DNA of 63,989 bases, the filler included, from Sluysia triapertura (lineage: Eukaryota), in assembly GCA_046118255.1 (NCBI GenBank). It is 5 parts of 5 records of this genome, joined end to end, with 100 filler letters (N's around TTAATTAATTAA, not from the genome) between each part and the next. Parts side by side here need not be neighbours in the genome. Positions count along the whole stretch, not along the records: positions 30,209 to 41,302 come from JBJNIA010188976.1; positions 41,403 to 52,351 come from JBJNIA010191007.1; positions 52,452 to 63,989 come from JBJNIA010183546.1; 2 more parts are not named here. The stretch is one strand, 5' to 3'. The stretch's first letter is position 1. Every line of letters starts with the position of its first letter. Made by a program: the position numbers and the translations under genes. Below, piece by piece: positions 40,371 through 55,973 of this stretch. The notes under the pieces are model-generated. The model had not been told where the DNA came from. It worked only from the letters and a program-made list of their open reading frames with translations, and did no database searches.

Positions 40371-41302
40371 TTGCAACACCTTTTAGAAGAGTTTCCTTAT
40401 ATTAATTAATTTATTTTATATACATTAGTTCTGTTGCTCTTACCGCCATTAGTTGCATTTTATTGTTTGCCTAATCACTAAATATATAAATTTGAGTTTA
40501 TTTTGATTTATCAAAAGGTTGCTGATAATTTCATTAATTTCACAGCGGTTTCTATTGTAAATTCAATTATTTTCATTTCTGTCAAGATTATTTGGTTACC
40601 AATATTGTACCTTTACCAATTATGATTTTTATTGTGAATTTACACACCTAATTATAATTTTACATTTTGTGAGAGCTAATGGGGCTATAACTAACCCTTT
40701 AACAAAAACACGATAACCAACAAAGTTTATATTAACACCTGAACAATGAAATCTAACGATAATTACTGATAGATAACTAACAAGTTCGTTACCCGACATT
40801 TCCAATTCATTAATGGTCAACGAGGAGCATAAACAAAACGTGGCATTCTTGTTACTTGACTAGTGTTAGAAAATAAAATAGTTAATGAATTGGATTTTCT
40901 ATTACTAAGATCTTGTATTTAACATATCTATCAGAATTTTGTACATTTATCAAGAAAATAAATTAACTTCAGCATTATTGAATGTAATCAAATATACATA
41001 AATGTTGAATTGGTAAAGTAACCTTGAACTAAAGCCAATATCGGTAAACAATAATAAGTTTGATTCAGTTATATACTGAGTTACATTATTAAACCAAAAA
41101 TAACCTAAATCTAATTATCTATAATAAAAATTTTATTAAAGTTTTGTAAAATAAACTAAATAAACTACATCAAGAAAATTAACTAATTTTAGTAATATTG
41201 ATGGTGATAATAAAAGTGCACAAATGTTTTTATATTTGTAAAGTTTAAGTAGTTTAATTAATGTAAAGTTTAAAAGTCAATCTCAAAGTTTATATCAAAG
41301 TT

Positions 41303-41402
41303 NNNNNNNNNNNNNNNNNNNNNNNNNNNNNNNNNNNNNNNNNNNNTTAATTAATTAANNNNNNNNNNNNNNNNNNNNNNNNNNNNNNNNNNNNNNNNNN
41401 NN
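41303..41402. other. Artificial contig linker (N44-TTAATTAATTAA-N44)
   Basis: Same structure as the other linkers. Confidence 0.98.
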
Positions 41403-43532
41403 TATATATATGCAATATGGCATTTTAATTAGTGTTACAATAACAAATTAATACTTTCAAATTAAATAACGATTGTGTATATATTTTTAATTTATCAATT
41501 TAAATTTTAGACATCTGAAATAATAAATAATTTGGTTTTATTAAATTCTTAATTGACTTCAATACCATATTTTGTTGTTTTAATGTGCGTATAATGAGAA
41601 TTCGTAAAGGAAATATTGTTTAGAGAAATTAACATTTGTTTCTGATGCTGTTTTGTTTAAATTGTTATTTTAAAAGTAATATTTGGGATCAAATCATTAT
41701 GTAAATTAGTTTAAAAGTCAATTAAATGTGAAGATTATAATTTTAATGTAATCTTTAAATCAAAATAGCTATTATTTTAATTTTACTCTGTAACAAAAAT
41801 TTATTTTTATTTGTAATTTTATTACAGTATTTATATAGTTATATATAAAATAAATTAATATCTGATTATTTAATGATTGTAAGTTTTAAAATTAAAATAA
41901 ATATTAATAAGTAGCTGTACTACATAAATTTCTGAATAGTAAATACATAAGGTCCACTGTAAAAAATCCGGCAACTAAATTTAAATATAACACGGGTAAA
42001 TAGGTCATTAGAAAAGATTACAAAAGTCATCATTTAATGGACGTTTGTTTGATATTAGCTGGAGATTTTCTCAATGACTTTTTAATACCTTCTAATTGGG
42101 TTTAAAGCGCTAATACACAAATTATAATAACCAAATATAATTATATAGTTTTGGAACACACATATTCACTTACAAACACTCACAATAAAATACCAAGTCA
42201 GAACCACTGAAAAAAGAATTAGGATCAATCTCTAATAGTTTGAGGATCAAACCGTAAATTAAATCACTAAGCCTACATTTAAATTTCATATTACTATTCT
42301 ATTTAATATAATAATAAAACATTTTCACTGATTAGATTGGAAGAGCAATTAACAGAAGCGCCTTATTTGAATAATTAGATGCTCTATTGACAATAATATT
42401 GCTATTATAATACATCAAGAAACTAAATTTGATTATTATTTGTTTGTATGTTAATTTTTATATATTATATACATATAATACTATAATTTTATTACTTATT
42501 ATTTAATTGTTTTCTTTTATGACTTTTATTGATAAAAATTTGACATTAACTGAATTCTGAAGTATATTTTAATATTAAACAGCCAAAATACAATTGAAGT
42601 AATAAAAATAATTTCATAAATGCATAAATATTATTTCTTTAAAATATTCAACATAATAAGCGAATATTAAGAAATTAAATTGTTTTGTCATTTTTTAACA
42701 TTTATTTATTTATTGTTTAAATATATAAAAAATCGTGATAATATTATTTGAAATTTTTGTTTGGTTTTCAAATTGCAATTAAGTTTCAGTTTTATATATA
42801 TTTCCTATTTTGAGATGAAATGTTATTTATGAATTAAATTTACAGGATATTAATTGTGTGATGACTAGAATGAATTTTAATCAATGTGGACTCATAAAAC
42901 ATTGACACCCCTCAAATAATGAATTGGTATAAAGTTTATAGATATAATACTTCTCCCTATCATCAATAATGGACAATGTACAAATTAAGCTGTGATTTAT
43001 ATCACTTAATTGATTTCAATTATCATCATCCCAGATCGAATCCATATATAATATATCCGATAATCAGTCCGACAGAAAAGGTCCAAATTAATAAATTTAT
43101 TAATAATGTAGTATGTTAATTTGTTTAACAATTCTAAAAACCATCTTCGAAGTCAATTCAACATAAATTTAGTAATGCCAATTTATAACAAGCCAATTAT
43201 AATCATATGACCTAAAAATATTGTTAATAACACTTGATAATGCTTTATAGATTTTAATTGCTTATACTTAATAAAACACTTTTAACTTATACACATTTTT
43301 AGTTCTTAAAGTTAAGTAGATTAAAGCAATAAATTTGACCGTTGCTTTTTGAAAGTACCACATAGTTTCAATTATTTTTCTATACATACAAACAACATAA
43401 ATGTGTTTAAAACAGTTAAGTCGCTCTGATTATCCAATGAATTTTAACTATATTATTAGTAATAACCAATAGCTGCGTGGATAGTGTTAATTTTAAGTTG
43501 ATATACGCTATTCTATTTTTCATAATAAAGTA

Positions 43533-44314
43533 ATGACTAGTGAAAAGAAGGGCAATTCTAATTCATCTAAAGTTACACCGCATAGTATTTTGGATATTTT
43601 GGGAAGTTATGAAGAGTCAGACATAAAGGAAAATAATGAAAAGCAAGTTTCAGTAGTTGATATACAGAAATCTAATGAACGTCGTCAAACAATCCCATTT
43701 AGTGCATTTTTAACACCTGCCTCTCAGTTGCAGTTAGAAAAAGCTATTTTTGAAATGTGTAAACAGTCTGCTGGTCAATCGTTTAATCATCCTTTCAGTT
43801 ATATACAGAATGAAAGTAACAATAATATTTCGAGTTCTCATTCGCAGTTATTTTGGGCTAAGTCAAATGGACAAATATCAAATGCAACTTTACCTCACAA
43901 TCCAATAGATTTATGGGCTCGGCAGTTTTGTTTGTTTACAATTTTTGAATTCTTTATTAAAATTAGCGTAATATAAATTTTTATTTAATGATAAATATAG
44001 TTTTGTCAAAATAGGATTTATCAAAATTAGTCGATTTTTAAGCTAACTTTAAAATTTTGATTTTAGGTGCTGTTTCAACTGGAAATATAATATCTCAAGC
44101 ACCGCCACATGGTGTTATCGCAGCACATCAACATCATCATCAACAAATGATGGCTGCAGAACGAGAATGTACAAAAAGAAAACATACTCGACCGACATTT
44201 TCGGGACAACAAATATTCGCTCTTGAAAAAACATTCGAACAAACTAGATATTTAGCTGGTCCAGAAAGAGCACGATTGGCCTTTTTATTAGGAATGTCTG
44301 AAAGTCAAGTCAAG
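43533..44314 (+). CDS. NKX6: Nkx6 homeobox transcription factor, exons 1-2; last exon not found
   Basis: Exon 1 (43533-~43929) carries the eh1/TN motif [10 protein letters not shown]. Exon 2 (44067-44314) encodes [47 protein letters not shown], diagnostic of Nkx6, and ends AAG|gtaaaa just before the expected VWFQN. Confidence 0.93.
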
Positions 44315-45662
44315 GTAAAATTATACTATAGAATAGAATTCAGTTAGAAAGAACATTTTCATTTTTTTTTAAAATTAATTTTATTGTTGCGTACCATCAG
44401 TTAAAGATATAAATGAAAATGAATATGCATTATCGTACGTTTTTAAATAAATTTAAAACATAAATTATAAAAGATAATCAAAACAAGAATTTTATTTTTT
44501 TGTAAGTATTTTTGTAAATACATAAAAGTTAAACAAAGAATTTACTACCTTTTTCGAAGTAATTTTTTCATAAATTAATTTTTTATTCTCAGCGATATTA
44601 TAAAAAGCATCAGTATAAATATTGAGTTACTTGTAGCTGTTTTTTGTCAAAAAAGTGCAATTTCTTACTTGTAATACTTTGATTTAAGTGTACAGCAAAA
44701 ATATTTATTGGACAATGAAGTTAATAAATTGAAATATATTTTTGATGTAAATAGCAACTGAAGACAATTAATTAATAAACGGAAAAACTAATTGTTCATT
44801 TATTAATAACTAATACAAATTATAATAATGGTTTATTATACTCAATTTCATAAAAAGGCATGAAAGTGGCATTTATTATTGAATCAATCGGCAAGAATGT
44901 TTTATAAATTAAAGAGATCCTTTAATACTTTACTTTAAACAGTTTAATTTGCTAACAGTAAAAGAAAAAGGTAGAATAGAAAATCATGTTGATAATGCTT
45001 ACGTTCTAGAAGTGCTGAATATCTTTTGGAAATAATAAAAATACAGAAACCAAAGTGAATGTATTTAAGATATAAGAATTTACGCAGAATATACAAAATT
45101 TAAATATTTCTATTTCTATTTCAGAAATATATTTTCTAAGTTATCTTCAGAAAATAATAATGATACTTATTGTAATAGTTCTTAAGATAGTAATATTGAA
45201 ATACTGATTAATTAATTGATTGACTAACCTATTGTGAATCGCGTAGATAGGGTAATGATCAATATTAGAGTCAAGAAATTATGTTTAAAGGAATAAAATA
45301 TATATTAAAGAATGCACATTTGTGATCAGATATTATCAAAGAAACTAAGAAATGCATTACATTAAATTTCATCAAATATGTATTATTCATAGATTTCTAA
45401 TTATTGTTTCTGTAAATTCCAGTTTAATTTGAAATAAATTAACCGAATTAAGGTATAAAAATGTGTAATATTTCTGTTATATTGTAGTTTATAAATTTCT
45501 ACGATAATTTTTAATTTCTCTAGAGCATAATTTTCTGTTGAATTAAATGTATATTGAAGTTTTCGAAAAAGCTATTTATATAAAAGGCACAATTTTAATT
45601 TTTCATTTTTATACAACTATATAAAAATTTATTTTTTTGCTTTGTTTACTTTGTATCATTAC

Positions 45663-45836
45663 TGTTAGACTTCATTAAAAAGACTGACCGGGATTCGAAC
45701 CCGGACCTTCTTACCTCACAGCTGTGTAGTTTGGATGCTCTGATCATTGAGTATCAGCCCCGTTTAACAATTTTATTTTATTGTAGTCAATTATACTATC
45801 ATTATTCTAAATGTCATTTTAGGCCGGTACTCAAAC
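45663..45836 (-). mobile_element. tRNA-bearing element, copy 4 (diverged), in Nkx6 intron
   Basis: TGTTAGACTTCAT...GACTGACCGGGATTCGAACCCGGACC...TATCAGCCCCGTTTAACAATTTT...TTTTAGGCC aligns to copy 1 over its full length. Confidence 0.75.
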
Positions 45837-47575
45837 CTTACTGCTCTACAAATTGTGTAATTTTCTTTGTATTTCAAACAAATTCATAACGTTGATTTAA
45901 TTAAATTTTTTACTAACCTTAACCGAAAACACATTAAAGTATTTTGACTTAAATTCTTTAAACCTTATATCAAGTAAACTAGTTTATTTGTTACTTATAA
46001 TCTCTATTTTCCAGAATTTATCCAAATGAAATTGAGTAACTAAAATATTGAAGTCTGTATTGCAATAAACACCTAAGTAAATAATGTGGTAATAAAATAA
46101 TATTGGATCAAATGATTATTTTTTGAATTGTAACTTATACTGGAATTTAACTAAATATGAACATTCCGAAATACTTTATTATCGTTTTACTAATTATACT
46201 GTTCTTATTGATCCGTTTTGGATTTACCACTTAGCTTTGATTATGATGGCATGAATTAGGCGTCTACAAATCGAATAAACTAAATCAAACATCCATCAAA
46301 GATTATAAATTTTATTATAATTATAAATTATAAATTATAATTATATATTATAAATTATATTATATTATATATTAAAGATTATAAATCAAAGATTATTTAA
46401 TTATATTAAATACAAGTAAAATGTGTTTACAATAATTAATAATGAATATCGACACAATTAAATTCAAACTAAACTAATATAAGTGTACATTAAGCAGAAA
46501 TGATCCACTGAACGAATGCATTAAACCAAATTTAAATGTATTTTATGCCATCTTAACGTGCTTATTTTTTGATATTTTAATATTTTATTTTGAGATTATT
46601 TACATATTTTAGATTTATTTATAAATTAAATTTTGATTTTATTATTTTCGCGTAAACTTCTACTTACAGCTGAGTGAAATGCGAAAAGTACTTTAGATAC
46701 TTCTGAGTTCATTATAAATGGATGTTTTAAAAACACATCTTACTCTATGCTTCATTCTTGGATTCACAAAACTTGCATTTTCATTATTAAACACTCAATA
46801 CCAGTTTTCATTTTTAACTCTGTCTAAATTTTTATTGATGTCTATTCATACATTTGTGTCATTTGTAGTTGGAATTATTTATGAAAAAATTCTTTCAACA
46901 GCAATATTTAAGACAGTTTTTATTCTTTCTGATATTAATATTAAACTCAATGATTTTAGTTTTAATTTGATACATGAAAATATCAATTTTACTCTTTTTT
47001 ATGCTGACTTTGGATTTATTGATATAAATATGTTAACAATTAAATTGCAAAATAACAAAATTGTATGTCAGAAAACTTTTCTTTTGTTTTATTGAAAAAT
47101 CTATTGTTACATTAACACAATTGGATAATAACCTTAGAAACATCTACTGAAAGCACATTTATAATATTTGACTCAATATATCGTTCTGGACTACTAGAGT
47201 GACTTTCAAAGTTGCAACGAAATTCTTTTGAAAACGTGACTAACGTAGTTCTTTGCCTCGAAACCATTCACCTTTTTCAAAATAAATGGCATTAAATTGT
47301 TTCTAAGGATCATTAGCATTCTCAATTGTGATATTGTATTTTAAATAAACTCGGTCTTATGGAATATTTTAATATATTCTATAAAATGCCAAAATTTGTC
47401 CTATAATATAACGATAAATTTCTTTTTTCCTTTATTAAATCTTTGAAATTTAAATGACGATGTAATATTAACTAAACTTGAAAATACATGGAAAAGTTAA
47501 AACGTTAAAATGTATAAAATTCTAAAATTTCTTAATTGTTTCTGCTAGTGAAATGTTTTATTAATAATTACAATA

Positions 47576-47618
<43 letters not shown>

Positions 47619-48185
47619 TTTGATTTATCACGCCTTCTCTATAAAAAGTCACATCAATAATAAAACACACAGTAAATATATCAATATAACTTTAAACAAA
47701 ATTGTCTTTTAAAAAGTTTGATTTTTTTTGATTCCAGTTGATAAAATATTTTAGTTATAAAACAGTAAAAGGTAGTCGGTAGTAGTAATATTCTATAAAT
47801 ATTCATTTTATTTTAACTACATCAGGTCGCACCAGTTTTACGGCCATTGATTTTCAACTTTTATTAGACTTGTTCGCTCTCTGTTATTCTATTTCAATTT
47901 TATTCGTGTGTGATTCCAAATATTTATTTTATTTTGTTTTATTCATTTATTTTTGTATTGGAATAATTTCGAAAATATTTTATAATGTATAGTGCACAAC
48001 ATTTTGTATGATTTACAAATATTCAATGGATCACTATTTTATTTCAGAATTGTTTTATTTATTTTCATGAAGGTAAATAAATATTTGATATTGTTCAATG
48101 ATTTAATAAGAGAAGTATCTGGATTAATATATATTGTTTCTTAAATTTTCAATTTCAAATTAATTCTGTTGTGCCTTTTTAGTAA

Positions 48186-48213
48186 TGTTGAGGTACAGGC
48201 CTAAAGTGTCATT
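48186..48213 (+). mobile_element. 5' terminal fragment of the tRNA-bearing element
   Basis: TGTTGAGGTACAGGCCTAAAGTGTCATT resembles the copy 2 start TGTTGGGGTAAAAAGGCCTAAAGTGACATT. Confidence 0.5.
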
Positions 48214-49098
48214 GAAAAAAGTCAGAATAACAATGGAAAACATTGTAGATGGTAAGATTCTAGACATGAAACTAAAAGTACGGAAAGCACGATGAACATA
48301 GAAGAAAGTAATGATTGCATTAAAATATTAAATTTGAGATGGCTAAATCAAATGTTAATTCATTGATAACTAATGATATAGATTTTATAGTGCAAATATT
48401 GCAATTACTATTGAGTCAGTTAGAATAGTTTTCAAATAAAATGTTGAAATACTCTAATTAGCAATAGAACTAAAAGTGAAATTCAAAGTCATGACAACAA
48501 TTTATAAATGATTGCATTATGGATATATCTTGGAAATAATAATTCGGAAATAAAAATGTCTTTAAGATCTAATACCTTTTACAGAATCACAATGATAGTG
48601 CTACAAATATATACAACCAGCTACATAATCTTAAACTGCTGTAAGAATATGAAACATTTAAGAAAGATAATGTTCTTTCTATTTAAGGAATATTATAATC
48701 CATTACATATTTTGTAGTAGATTTTAGCACAACATAAATTAATTTATTATTGTTATTATTACTTCGAAATAGTGAACCAGATTCGAAAATAAAACCAATT
48801 TAAAAGCATCAAATTCTACCTCTGTGTAGTATATTAATGTATGTCTTGATAATTTTTCCAATATTTATTTTTATTCGTAAATAATAAAATTTAATGTATT
48901 ATATTATACTTTTTGATACATTTTTAATTAGAACACAACAATTTTTGAATAAAAGTTGTGTCTGATTTAAAAATTGTTACTAAATATTATTTGTAATTCA
49001 ACAGCATATTGCTATTTATTTTGTTATATTTTTATTACTTTACAAAAGATTATATTTCGAAATAGTTTTTGCAATAAATTAGTTTAACATTACTTTGA

Positions 49099-49102
<4 letters not shown>

Positions 49103-49162
<60 letters not shown>
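49103..49162. repeat. (ATT)n microsatellite
   Basis: Direct reading. Confidence 0.95.
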
Positions 49163-52100
49163 GCGATGTTTCTTAAATAAGCTTTACCTAACAAAATAAA
49201 ATTAATAATGCGAATTCAGATTATAGTTTGTCTTTAGGCGCATCCTGTACGAAATCCAATTAATTTCTATTTACTATTTTGATGTTGAGGATACACCCTT
49301 AACGTTTGGTGGACGTTATTTACGATTAGTCACACATTATTTAACTTACACGAAATATTCCTGCCACTGTTAAACTAATATTTACACTCTTAACAATTAT
49401 GTTATTTTTTTACGTAGCGGACAGATAAAAGCAACGAATGCAATAATATATATACTAAACCACTAAATTAATGTTTACGTACATAAATTGAAACAAACTA
49501 TTGTACCAAATTATAAACTAAACTAAAAAGTTCCAATTTATAATATAAATAACAAGAAATTAACGTAGTAGCCGTAATATATAATATCTTTAAATGATTT
49601 TATATGTAGCTTAAGGCTATTGCACAATTATTACAAAGTTTGCCTAGATTTCGGTCTTGCTTAATTCATTTTCAGATTCTCATAATAAAATGTTTCTTGG
49701 GAAATATCTGATAACGAAAAAGCAATCCTTAATATAACATCATTTAATTCATTTATAATATTGTGCTAAATAACTTGTGGCATTTATTACTTTTTTATTA
49801 TTAAAATTGTAATCAATGCTTCATTTTTGAAAATATCAAATGAGATTGGTCAGAATTTATACCTAAGCCTTTACTTTCAAAATTAGCTTTTAAACTTTCT
49901 TTTAGTTGTAAAAATTAATTAAAATAAATGTTTTACTTAATACAAGATAATAAATTTTGTTTTAATTTAAATGTTGTACTTACTATTAAATTATCAGAAT
50001 CCACAATTGAATAGGTAGAAAATATTCACAAATGACTGTTCCACACTTGCTTAGATCGTAATCAATTATTGGATTGTTATTGAACCAATTATTTAGTGTA
50101 TGTCCCACTGATCAATAAATTCCCTGTCTAAATTAAATCTTCTTCTCTGACTCTGTAAGACTTGTGAATTTATAATTTAGTTATGTTCTTAGTTTTATAA
50201 ACTTTTTTTTATAAATAATTTTTAGTTAACATTAATATGTAGGCAATTAACTTTCTTTTACAATTAATCCCTCTATAATGAATTCAAATATATGGCCAAT
50301 TCTATTTCGTACTTACATATATGCATATAATCTTAATCTACATACTATTTTGATTATATGGCCAATTTCTTATGCATATTAATTAATTATGTTCTATAAT
50401 ATAACTGTTAGGCTGTCATTACAACCCTAATATTGTCATTATTTAAAATGGCAATATTAAAATAATATTTCATAATAATATTAACAGAAAATTAATGTTA
50501 TTTAATAGTGTTTAAATAATTATTACTATAAGAAAAGAAAGTAATGTTTATAATATAATGATAATAATAATAAGAATAATCAGGATTTTAAACCTGCGAA
50601 AAAAATCGAAATATGGCATAAAAAGGTACCAATAATGAATAATGATATATAAAGCTGATTTAAATAAGCTTAATTTATGCAAAAATTTAGTTAGACAACA
50701 AAACAATATTACAAACGTTTGACAATTAAAATTTTGAATAATTGTTTGAAATAATCAACAAAATATTTTGTGTGAATTCGTACTTTTTGGTAGATTTTTA
50801 ACTAAAATCAATGCGTTCTTTTACACCGATTTAATGAAGAGAAAATGTGCAATTTAAAGCCCAAGTTATAGATTAATGTTAAAATGTTTTATTTATTATT
50901 GATGATACCTTATTTTTATTGCACAATCTTGTATTATTTGTATAATCTTTGTTTCATAAAAATATTAATTAATGTTTTGATTTAAATGTAAATTTACATA
51001 AGTTATTAACTGTAATTGTGATTTTTTCAATCTTTAATAACAGATAAAGTTTAACACAGCAAAATGCACACTAACAAAACAAATTAAATAATTTTGTTTA
51101 GTTTAGCTACAAATATGCCTACTCTATGTTTTAAGTCGTGGGTTGTGGCCGAACTCATAGTTAAACTAATTTGCAATTAATTTAATTATTTACATCCGCT
51201 TGTGTTTGTGTTCATTTAATGAATATGATTTCTTCAGTGTCACATATTTCTTCGTTTCTGTGATGCTTCGTACTAAAATTTCTTTCAAAATTTCATTTAT
51301 TGTCAAGGCACTTTTTGCCGTTTATTAAGATACTTTTCCTTATTTAAGTTTTAGAATTAATAGACTTTTCTTTTTGAAAATGCTGAATAAAATGGTAAAT
51401 TCTAATTAATATTCATATTATTTTTGAATTATAATTTATATTTTATGTTTATATTTTAGTTAAATATGTAAGTAAACTAATTCATATTTTAGTTAGAATT
51501 TAATATTTACTCATTTTTATAAGTTTCACAATATTAAATAAACTTTAAACATTCTTTATTCGAAATACTGTATTAATTATTTGATGAATAATTATTTATA
51601 GAATAAAGTTTACTAATAAATGTAATGCAATAAATTGTATAATAAAATGATCTTTCACAGTTCAAAGTTAATTCGATCTTGAGTTAAAGACATCGAGTTT
51701 TATTCGCTGGGGCTAATTTGTACTGTCCAATTAAATTTTTCTGAATTTTTGGAAACCTAATAGAGAAAGTTTACCAATAAAGGGTTTTAAATGATTCCAG
51801 ACAAATAAATTTCGAAAGAAATTATACATCTTTATTATTAATCCATGTTTTCCAATTTAATATCAAATGCAAAATGTATACATTTTCAATGAAACGCATA
51901 TTTAATGTCGAATAATCAATTTCTACTGCGACCAGCTGTTTAAAATTTATTTTCAACATCATTTTGAATTATACATATCATAAATTCATTAAAAAATTAA
52001 TGCGCGCTTAACACTGGCGAAAATCATAAACATAAAAATGAGCTAGAGAAAAAGGTAGTTAAAATAATCTGTGCAACAACTAAAACTACAAAGCTACAAC

Positions 52101-52283
52101 AATAATCAGCCGATTATTTTAATAACAATAATTCATTTTAGAACAATACCTGCTGCAATAATTATTTTTGTTATAAATATTTCATAACCTTGACCAGCAT
52201 ATAATAATATGAACATAAAACGAAATTTTCATTGCATTTAGACCACATTTATTATTGTAATTATTATGATTTGTTTAAATTTA

Positions 52284-52351
<68 letters not shown>

Positions 52352-52451
52352 NNNNNNNNNNNNNNNNNNNNNNNNNNNNNNNNNNNNNNNNNNNNTTAAT
52401 TAATTAANNNNNNNNNNNNNNNNNNNNNNNNNNNNNNNNNNNNNNNNNNNN
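52352..52451. other. Artificial contig linker flanked on both sides by (AAT)n
   Basis: N44-TTAATTAATTAA-N44, with (AAT)n at ~52284-52351 and 52452-52521. Confidence 0.98.
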
Positions 52452-52522
<71 letters not shown>

Positions 52523-52960
52523 TGTTATAATTCGAAATGAAAAATATCTTTACAGAGAAAAATAAAATATTTGGGACTTAATAAATCAATTTATTTGACA
52601 CATACATTAAATATTATAGTTTTTTGTATTATATTTATTATTATTATTAATGTGAAATAATAGTAGTATGTAATTATTAATTATTACTAATAATTACTAT
52701 TAGTAATAGTTAAATTCAAGTCATTATAATTATATAATTTTGTTTTCCCAATTATATTTTACGTTATATTTTTTAATGATTGTAATTACAAAACAAATTT
52801 TCACGTTTTATTTTGCTGGATTATTTGAAACGTAATTGTTTTATATTTGGAAATTGAACTTTTTTCCAATAAAAACAGTAAATATTTATATTGTTTGTTG
52901 TATAAACTCTGTAAATTATTAGTTTTTTTAAAGTAATTTATTCGAAATATTAATATTCAG

Positions 52961-55916
52961 ACACGCACTAAATGCCAAGATAGTTTTGTTCGAGTTCGTC
53001 CCGTCATTCAACGTCTTCTTTTTATCATTGCTCGACCTGCACGTCTTTTGGAATGTATTGAGTTTGATCCACAAGAGTTTTATCAATTATTGGAAGCAGC
53101 TGAAGATAGTTTAAGAATCCAGCAGCAGCAACAACAGCAGCAAGGTGTTGCAAATGCAACGTTTCATTGCGACGTACCAAAATACATAATTGGTAAATTG
53201 GGTCTGGACAAAGATCCATACTATATTGGAAGTGAAGAATTGGAAAGTGTAGCCGTCGAGGATGCTGCATATGACGATGCAGCTGGTAGTAGAACAGGAG
53301 TTAATTTCTTTTTATTTTATAATTAAGAAATTTATTTAATTTTTTCGCACAATGCACACTTAATTTTTTTTCAACCAATCTAATATTGCAAAATATTAGA
53401 ATTAAATTAAAAAGTATATTTTTTAGTATACAACAATGTGAAGATATTACTTAGATATTAATTAATTTATTTATATTTTTAAATTGTTTAATTAGGAGTC
53501 CACCAGTAATACATCTCGGTCGAATACTGCAACTTCTAATAGTAGTTCGCTCGGTCGACATCAAAATCAACATAAAACAAGTACAACCACGCCACCGAAA
53601 GTTTCCGATTTTGAAGAAATTAAATTGATCAGTAATGGAGCATATGGGGCAGTTTATCTAGTTTGTGAACGGATGAGTCGACAAAGATTCGCAATGAAGA
53701 AAATTCGAAAAGATAGTTTAGTGTTGAGAAATCAAGTTGAACAACTGTTTGCTGAAAGAGATATCATGACTTTTGCTGACAGTCCATTTGTTGTGGGATT
53801 GTATTGTACGATTGAAACTAAAAAACATGCTTGTTTGGTTATGGAATATGTAGAAGGTAAGGTTTTATTCATTGTAATTTTTTTCCGAACTTTATTGATA
53901 TAACATAATAATATACCGAATTTTCGAATGTATAATAATATAAATTGTATTTGAGTAAGCAATTTATAACATAAATTTTATTAAAAATGTAACCCAATGT
54001 AAAAATGATAAAGAAATCTATTATTAACGAGTCGAAATGGTAAGGAAGATGACGGATTTTTTAGATTAGACAAGATATTTAAAAATGGAAAATTTGGTAA
54101 ACTAATGATCTATTTGGATCTGTTAATTTGAGATGGAATGACTATTGCACAAAGGCCGGAGCTAGAGGAAAACTTTATTGAATTCGTGCAGGAAATGTGA
54201 AATCGAAAAATAGTAAGATGGATGAGGTTTCCAATAGCTGAATGAGACAGAAAAACCATTGTAATGAACACATTTAACAGTTCAAGACTGTAACTTAACG
54301 GAAATAGCTTTTTTTAAAAAGGTTACAATTCCGAAATAATTCTACAAATCTGTCTTTATGAGTTAAATAGATATTATTTTCTGTCGAAGACTTTCAAAAA
54401 TATAAAAATAAAATTAATAGTAAATGTGTTTAGGATAATCAATTTATATTGCTTAAATTTTACATGTGCAGAATTTCATTATTATCTCATTTCATTTGTC
54501 AAAATTTCTGAAATACTTAAAATCTTAACATAACTGTTACTTTCAGTTGCAATTTTAAATTTATTATTTACTCCACTTATTTTATCGATTTTATTTATTT
54601 ATTTGAAAATATTACAGGTGGTGATGTCGCTAGTTTGCTGCACAATATTGGTCCACTACCAGAAGAATTAGCGCGCTTGTATGCAGCAGAGACAGTTCTT
54701 GCTCTTGAATATTTACATTCATTTGGAATTGTACATCGTGATTTGAAACCTGATAACTTACTAATTACTCGCGAAGGTCATATTAAGTTAACAGATTTTG
54801 GTTTGAGTCGAGTTGGGCTGATGAGGCTGACAGCATCATTAGTTGAAGTGGTTTTAGATCGCACGGGTTGTGTAGAATCAATAAGTGGATCTACTAGCAG
54901 TGGATTAAATCGATTTCAAGATAAACAAGTTGGTTCATGATATATTATTAAAGTGTCTTGATGCAAAATGAAATTTTTACAACATTAAAATGATATTTTC
55001 ACTATTAATTTCATTAAAATTCTTACAGTAAAACTCACTTAAATATTCACATCATTTTTATTTCTTCTATATCAAAGGAATGCTTTTATTATTACTGAGA
55101 CACTACTTTATTAGTTCCAAATGTTGGCTGGAACACCTACATATATAATGGTTATAATGAAATTTAGGGTATATAAGATAAATGCGATTAATCTTCCTGA
55201 AAATGGCACGACAAAAAATTGATATTACACAATCAGTTTTATAATAAAACATGTTATGAAATTATGAGTTTGTAGTAGTGCTTGATTATGTATGCAATTA
55301 TCTAGATACATGTATGTGCACGTGACGACACATTTAAAAAGTGGCTCTTCATTACTTTATGAGCTTACGTGGATTTAAATAAACATATTTTATTTTAGTA
55401 TGATTCTAATTATTTTGTTTTGACTATAGTTATAATGTATGCAAATATATTAAATTTACTTTTCTGCTTTATTTATTGCTATTAACCCTTTGATTGCCAA
55501 CATGATTTTTAGAGAATTATCTAAAAGTGCCAGGATGCTACACAAAAATGAAAATTAAAAAAATAATTTATTTTCGGGTACCGAGGAGCGCGATCGCGCT
55601 TGTTGGCACTCAAAGGGTTAATTTAATATTGTTAGTAATCTACTAATACTACTAATTCTAATTCTAATTCTAATACTCAGTACCGTAACTAGCCATACTG
55701 ACGGTCCATGTGCACGATATTAAATCTGGCCCTCTGCAGCAGCAAAAAAACAAGTATACAGCAAATTAATGGATTAGAAAATGATTATAAGAATATTGTC
55801 GGTATAGATAAATTTTCGGCGGGAGCACATACATTCATACGTGGGCTCTGTGATGATGCACTTATTGCACCTGCCTAGTTACTATTACTACTAATAATAA
55901 CAATAAAAACAACAAC

Positions 55917-55973
<57 letters not shown>

